The notes under the pieces: generated by a model
Seen by the model: only the letters and a program-made list of their open reading frames with translations
Told to the model about the DNA's origin: nothing
Databases searched by the model: none
Translations under genes and position numbers: made by a program
In this document: positions 26,690-29,371 of the stretch, in pieces
Layout of the letters: each line of letters opens with the position of its first letter
Numbering within the stretch: position 1 is the stretch's first letter
From: a virus
Taxonomy: Duplodnaviria; Caudoviricetes
Virus record (IMG/VR): IMGVR_UViG_3300020185_000190
Location: 1-29,371 of that record
DNA: 29,371 bases
Strand: one strand, 5' to 3'

Positions 26690-27379
26690 ATGTTAAAAGA
26701 AACTTATTCATATGCTCCTTTGTCCCGTGTTAATGTTAATGGCTCTAGACATTATCAAACACCTGACGGGAAACCTTTGCCTAGTGTCACGACAGTTTTA
26801 AGTGCACTTGCAGATAAAGCCGCTATTCATGAATGGCGAAAACGTGTTGGCAACGAAGAGGCGGACCGTATTATGCGCCTTGCCACAGGTATTGGCACTC
26901 AGGTACACTTACATTTAGAGAAATTTATTTTAGAAGAAGATCGCCCGTCTGGTAGTAATCTAATACATCAGATGGCAAAAGAACTATCAGATATTGTAAT
27001 TTCATCTGGACTAAGTAAAATTAATGAGGTATGGGGCACAGAAGTACCATTATATTATCCGGGTTTATATGCTGGAACTGCTGATTGCATTGGTGTATAT
27101 AAAGGACAGCAAGCAATTGTTGACTTTAAAACAACTCGTAAGCCAAAAAAGCGGGCATGGATCGACGATTATTTTTTACAAGGTGCAGCATATGCAGCCG
27201 CTCATAATGAATTATATGGAACAAATATTCGTACAATTGTTATTATGATGATTGGATGGGATGCAGAGGCAGATAATTTAGGAAATTACCAAGAGTTTGT
27301 AGTAGAAGGTGAAGAATTTGATAACTACTCCTTGCAATGGGCAAATAAAGTTCAAGAGTATTTTGATAAATACATGTAA
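26690..27379 (+). CDS. PD-(D/E)XK exonuclease (phage Cas4/MGME1-like)
   Basis: PSVTTVL, GTQVH, E.PLY, YAGTADC, IVDFKT, YFLQGAAYA. Confidence 0.85.
   Translation: MLKETYSYAPLSRVNVNGSRHYQTPDGKPLPSVTTVLSALADKAAIHEWRKRVGNEEADRIMRLATGIGTQVHLHLEKFILEEDRPSGSNLIHQMAKELSDIVISSGLSKINEVWGTEVPLYYPGLYAGTADCIGVYKGQQAIVDFKTTRKPKKRAWIDDYFLQGAAYAAAHNELYGTNIRTIVIMMIGWDAEADNLGNYQEFVVEGEEFDNYSLQWANKVQEYFDKYM
27365..27372 (+). promoter_or_regulatory. Late promoter motif GATAAATA
   Basis: Within the exonuclease 3' end, upstream of the AGGAG RBS of 27396. Confidence 0.65.
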
Positions 27380-27395
27380 CTAGGAGTTACACGAA

Positions 27396-29371
27396 ATGGC
27401 TATAACAAACGTAAAAATTCTACTAAGACGCGGTTTACGTGAAGAAATCGGCGTTGACACATTTGAAACTGGCGAAATGGGATTCACTATAGATACGAAT
27501 CAGTTATTCGTTGGTATAGATGATGCGATTGACGAAGTTCAATTTGGTGCATTCGAAAATGCACATGCAGTTATTCAGTCTTGGTTGGATAGTGCAAATA
27601 ATCCAGAACCTGGACTAACAGTTGACGAAGACTTAGTAATTCGTAATGTCAACGATGTTGATGCTTTAATTCGGGCAATGCATTTCTATCTACATAATGT
27701 AGAATGGAAAGGAAATGTAAATTTATCGCCAGGTGAAACAATTTATCTAAAAAGATTTTTATATGATGACCACAGAATTCCATCATCGGAAATTGATCCT
27801 GGTAAAACTTATATCATAAAAGAATTAGGCAACACTGATTACTATATAATGGGCGCAAGCGATAATGTAGTAAATGTAAAATTTAAATCTAATGCAGTTG
27901 GACCATTGAACGGTAATGGCGAAGTACTAGAAGTAATCGGAGTTGAAGATTACACACAAGGAATTGTCACATCGTCATATTATGACTCAGTAAGAGATGT
28001 AACTGTCACATCACTATATATGAGACATGGTGCAGCAATGCCATCACAGGATATTGCTCCAAATAACAACTCAACTTATATGAATAAATCTAACTTCGGA
28101 CTATTTAAGTGGAATAATACTGAGTGGATACCAGAAGTTATTGATTATGTTCTTAATTATGATCCTCTAAATGCAAGTATAGATTATACCACAAATTCTC
28201 CAGTCAGTAGTCTTGGATTGGAAGGTGATGTTGCAGTAATTACCGGTCCAGATAGAGTTACATATTGGTATAAAAGCAACATAACGTGGCAACTTTTAGG
28301 CACCGGTGATCAAGATTTTCAATTTAGAACAACTGATGTAGATAATCAAAATATATCAGATACTCCAATTGCAATTCCAAATGTACGCAGTGATGGAACT
28401 CCTCTTGTAAATAATGATTACTACATAGATTATAGTCGAGATATACAGAATGGATTAGAATTAATTCTTTCTGAATTTGATATTTTATCTCCTAGAATTG
28501 CAGATGTTCCAGTAAATAGTATTCTTTCGTCAATGACATTAGAAGAAGTTAACAACTATTATAGATATGATGATACCACATTACCTGTGTATGCATCTGA
28601 TGCATTGGCATCACTGAACTTATTAGAGTATCAATTAGTATGGGCATTACCAGATTTAACATTAAATAATGCCACTATCTTTATTAAGGAACGTGATCAA
28701 GCAGGAACGAATGATTATACCTTATATAACTATAATAATATGCATAGAGAATATTACTATACTAAATCATTAATTGGTAGTCCATCAGATGTAGATTTTG
28801 CTGATACCGTAAATGTTGAATTTATAGACGTACCTGAATTTGAAGCACCATATTATGCACGATCTCGCCGAAATGTTGAAGTTCTAACAGAAAATACGTA
28901 TAATCAATTATTTGCAGACCAGCATCTATCATCACATTCACATCATAGTGGTAAACGTTCTAGTTTATTCAAAAAACTTTATTCAATTGAACATGATACT
29001 TTTTTAAGTTATCATTTTGACAGTTGTAGCACATTTTTTATTGACTATTCATTAAAACAAAAAAGTATTAGTGCAGGAAATCTATTCTTGCGAACTGGTA
29101 CCATAAAAGTAATAAATGGTTATCCACATGGTGTAAATCAAGTTAAGTTAACAGATGAAAGTACAGAATTATGGCAGGATCTTAATACAGATGGTATAGC
29201 AGAGATGTATCCTAACCCATTGTATCCTGAACCGCCAGCGGTACCTGCGCCACCAGTGGCACCGGAAGTAGAATTTTCTAATATTCAATTTGATGTAAAA
29301 CGTGAAGATATAATACGTGTTACAAATCAAACAGAGTTAGCAATTAATAATTGGTTTGAAACGCCACTGAA
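27396..29371 (+). CDS. Large tail-fibre/virion structural protein, truncated by the window end and absent from the ORF track
   Basis: MAITNVKILLRRG...GEMGFTIDTNQLFVG resembles the Mtd/hyaluronidase-type fibre N-terminal motif; AGGAG RBS; same frame reads open at the segments checked and at the window end. Confidence 0.75.
   Translation, partial: MAITNVKILLRRGLREEIGVDTFETGEMGFTIDTNQLFVGIDDAIDEVQFGAFENAHAVIQSWLDSANNPEPGLTVDEDLVIRNVNDVDALIRAMHFYLHNVEWKGNVNLSPGETIYLKRFLYDDHRIPSSEIDPGKTYIIKELGNTDYYIMGASDNVVNVKFKSNAVGPLNGNGEVLEVIGVEDYTQGIVTSSYYDSVRDVTVTSLYMRHGAAMPSQDIAPNNNSTYMNKSNFGLFKWNNTEWIPEVIDYVLNYDPLNASIDYTTNSPVSSLGLEGDVAVITGPDRVTYWYKSNITWQLLGTGDQDFQFRTTDVDNQNISDTPIAIPNVRSDGTPLVNNDYYIDYSRDIQNGLELILSEFDILSPRIADVPVNSILSSMTLEEVNNYYRYDDTTLPVYASDALASLNLLEYQLVWALPDLTLNNATIFIKERDQAGTNDYTLYNYNNMHREYYYTKSLIGSPSDVDFADTVNVEFIDVPEFEAPYYARSRRNVEVLTENTYNQLFADQHLSSHSHHSGKRSSLFKKLYSIEHDTFLSYHFDSCSTFFIDYSLKQKSISAGNLFLRTGTIKVINGYPHGVNQVKLTDESTELWQDLNTDGIAEMYPNPLYPEPPAVPAPPVAPEVEFSNIQFDVKREDIIRVTNQTELAINNWFETPL

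Noticed and set aside
217-27248. Numerous short alternative-frame and antisense ORFs (e.g. 217-480, 1686-1937, 4383-4724, 6694-7125, 18391-19923, 26068-26493)
   Set aside because: Overlap well-supported genes almost entirely and show no recognisable motifs; treated as shadow ORFs.
26690-27379. CRISPR-associated Cas4 or a CRISPR array
   Set aside because: No repeat-spacer array or other cas genes seen; standalone nucleases of this type are common in phages.
1-29371. tRNA/rRNA genes, integrase or transposase, alternative genetic code
   Set aside because: None recognised by eye; the standard code gives dense, full-length genes.

Overview
AT-rich, gene-dense window, almost entirely on the + strand, from a large lytic dsDNA phage distantly related to T4-like (Tevenvirinae-type) myoviruses. 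The host is probably a marine alphaproteobacterium (inference). The left ~17.7 kb holds early and replication genes: an AAA ATPase, a UvsW-like helicase, a gp62-like clamp-loader subunit, a phosphoribosyltransferase, a miniature DnaE-like polymerase core, primase, ClpP and a gp41/DnaB helicase. An accessory island sits among them, with a GREB1/TAGT-like DNA glycosyltransferase pair, pseudoazurin plus DoxX, and a nuclease-methyltransferase pair. The right ~11.6 kb holds late or virion genes behind repeated GATAAATA motifs, including a nucleotidyltransferase/RNA-ligase-like fusion, putative internal head proteins, an exonuclease and a tail-fibre-like gene cut off by the window end. The regulatory architecture is unusually readable. 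Four replication genes have sigma70 promoters placed to give leaderless mRNAs, three promoters carry a CGAATCA (GcrA/CcrM-type GANTC) motif at a fixed spacer position, and a T4-late-like promoter variant occurs eight times. All product calls come from motif recognition by eye; no database searches were run.
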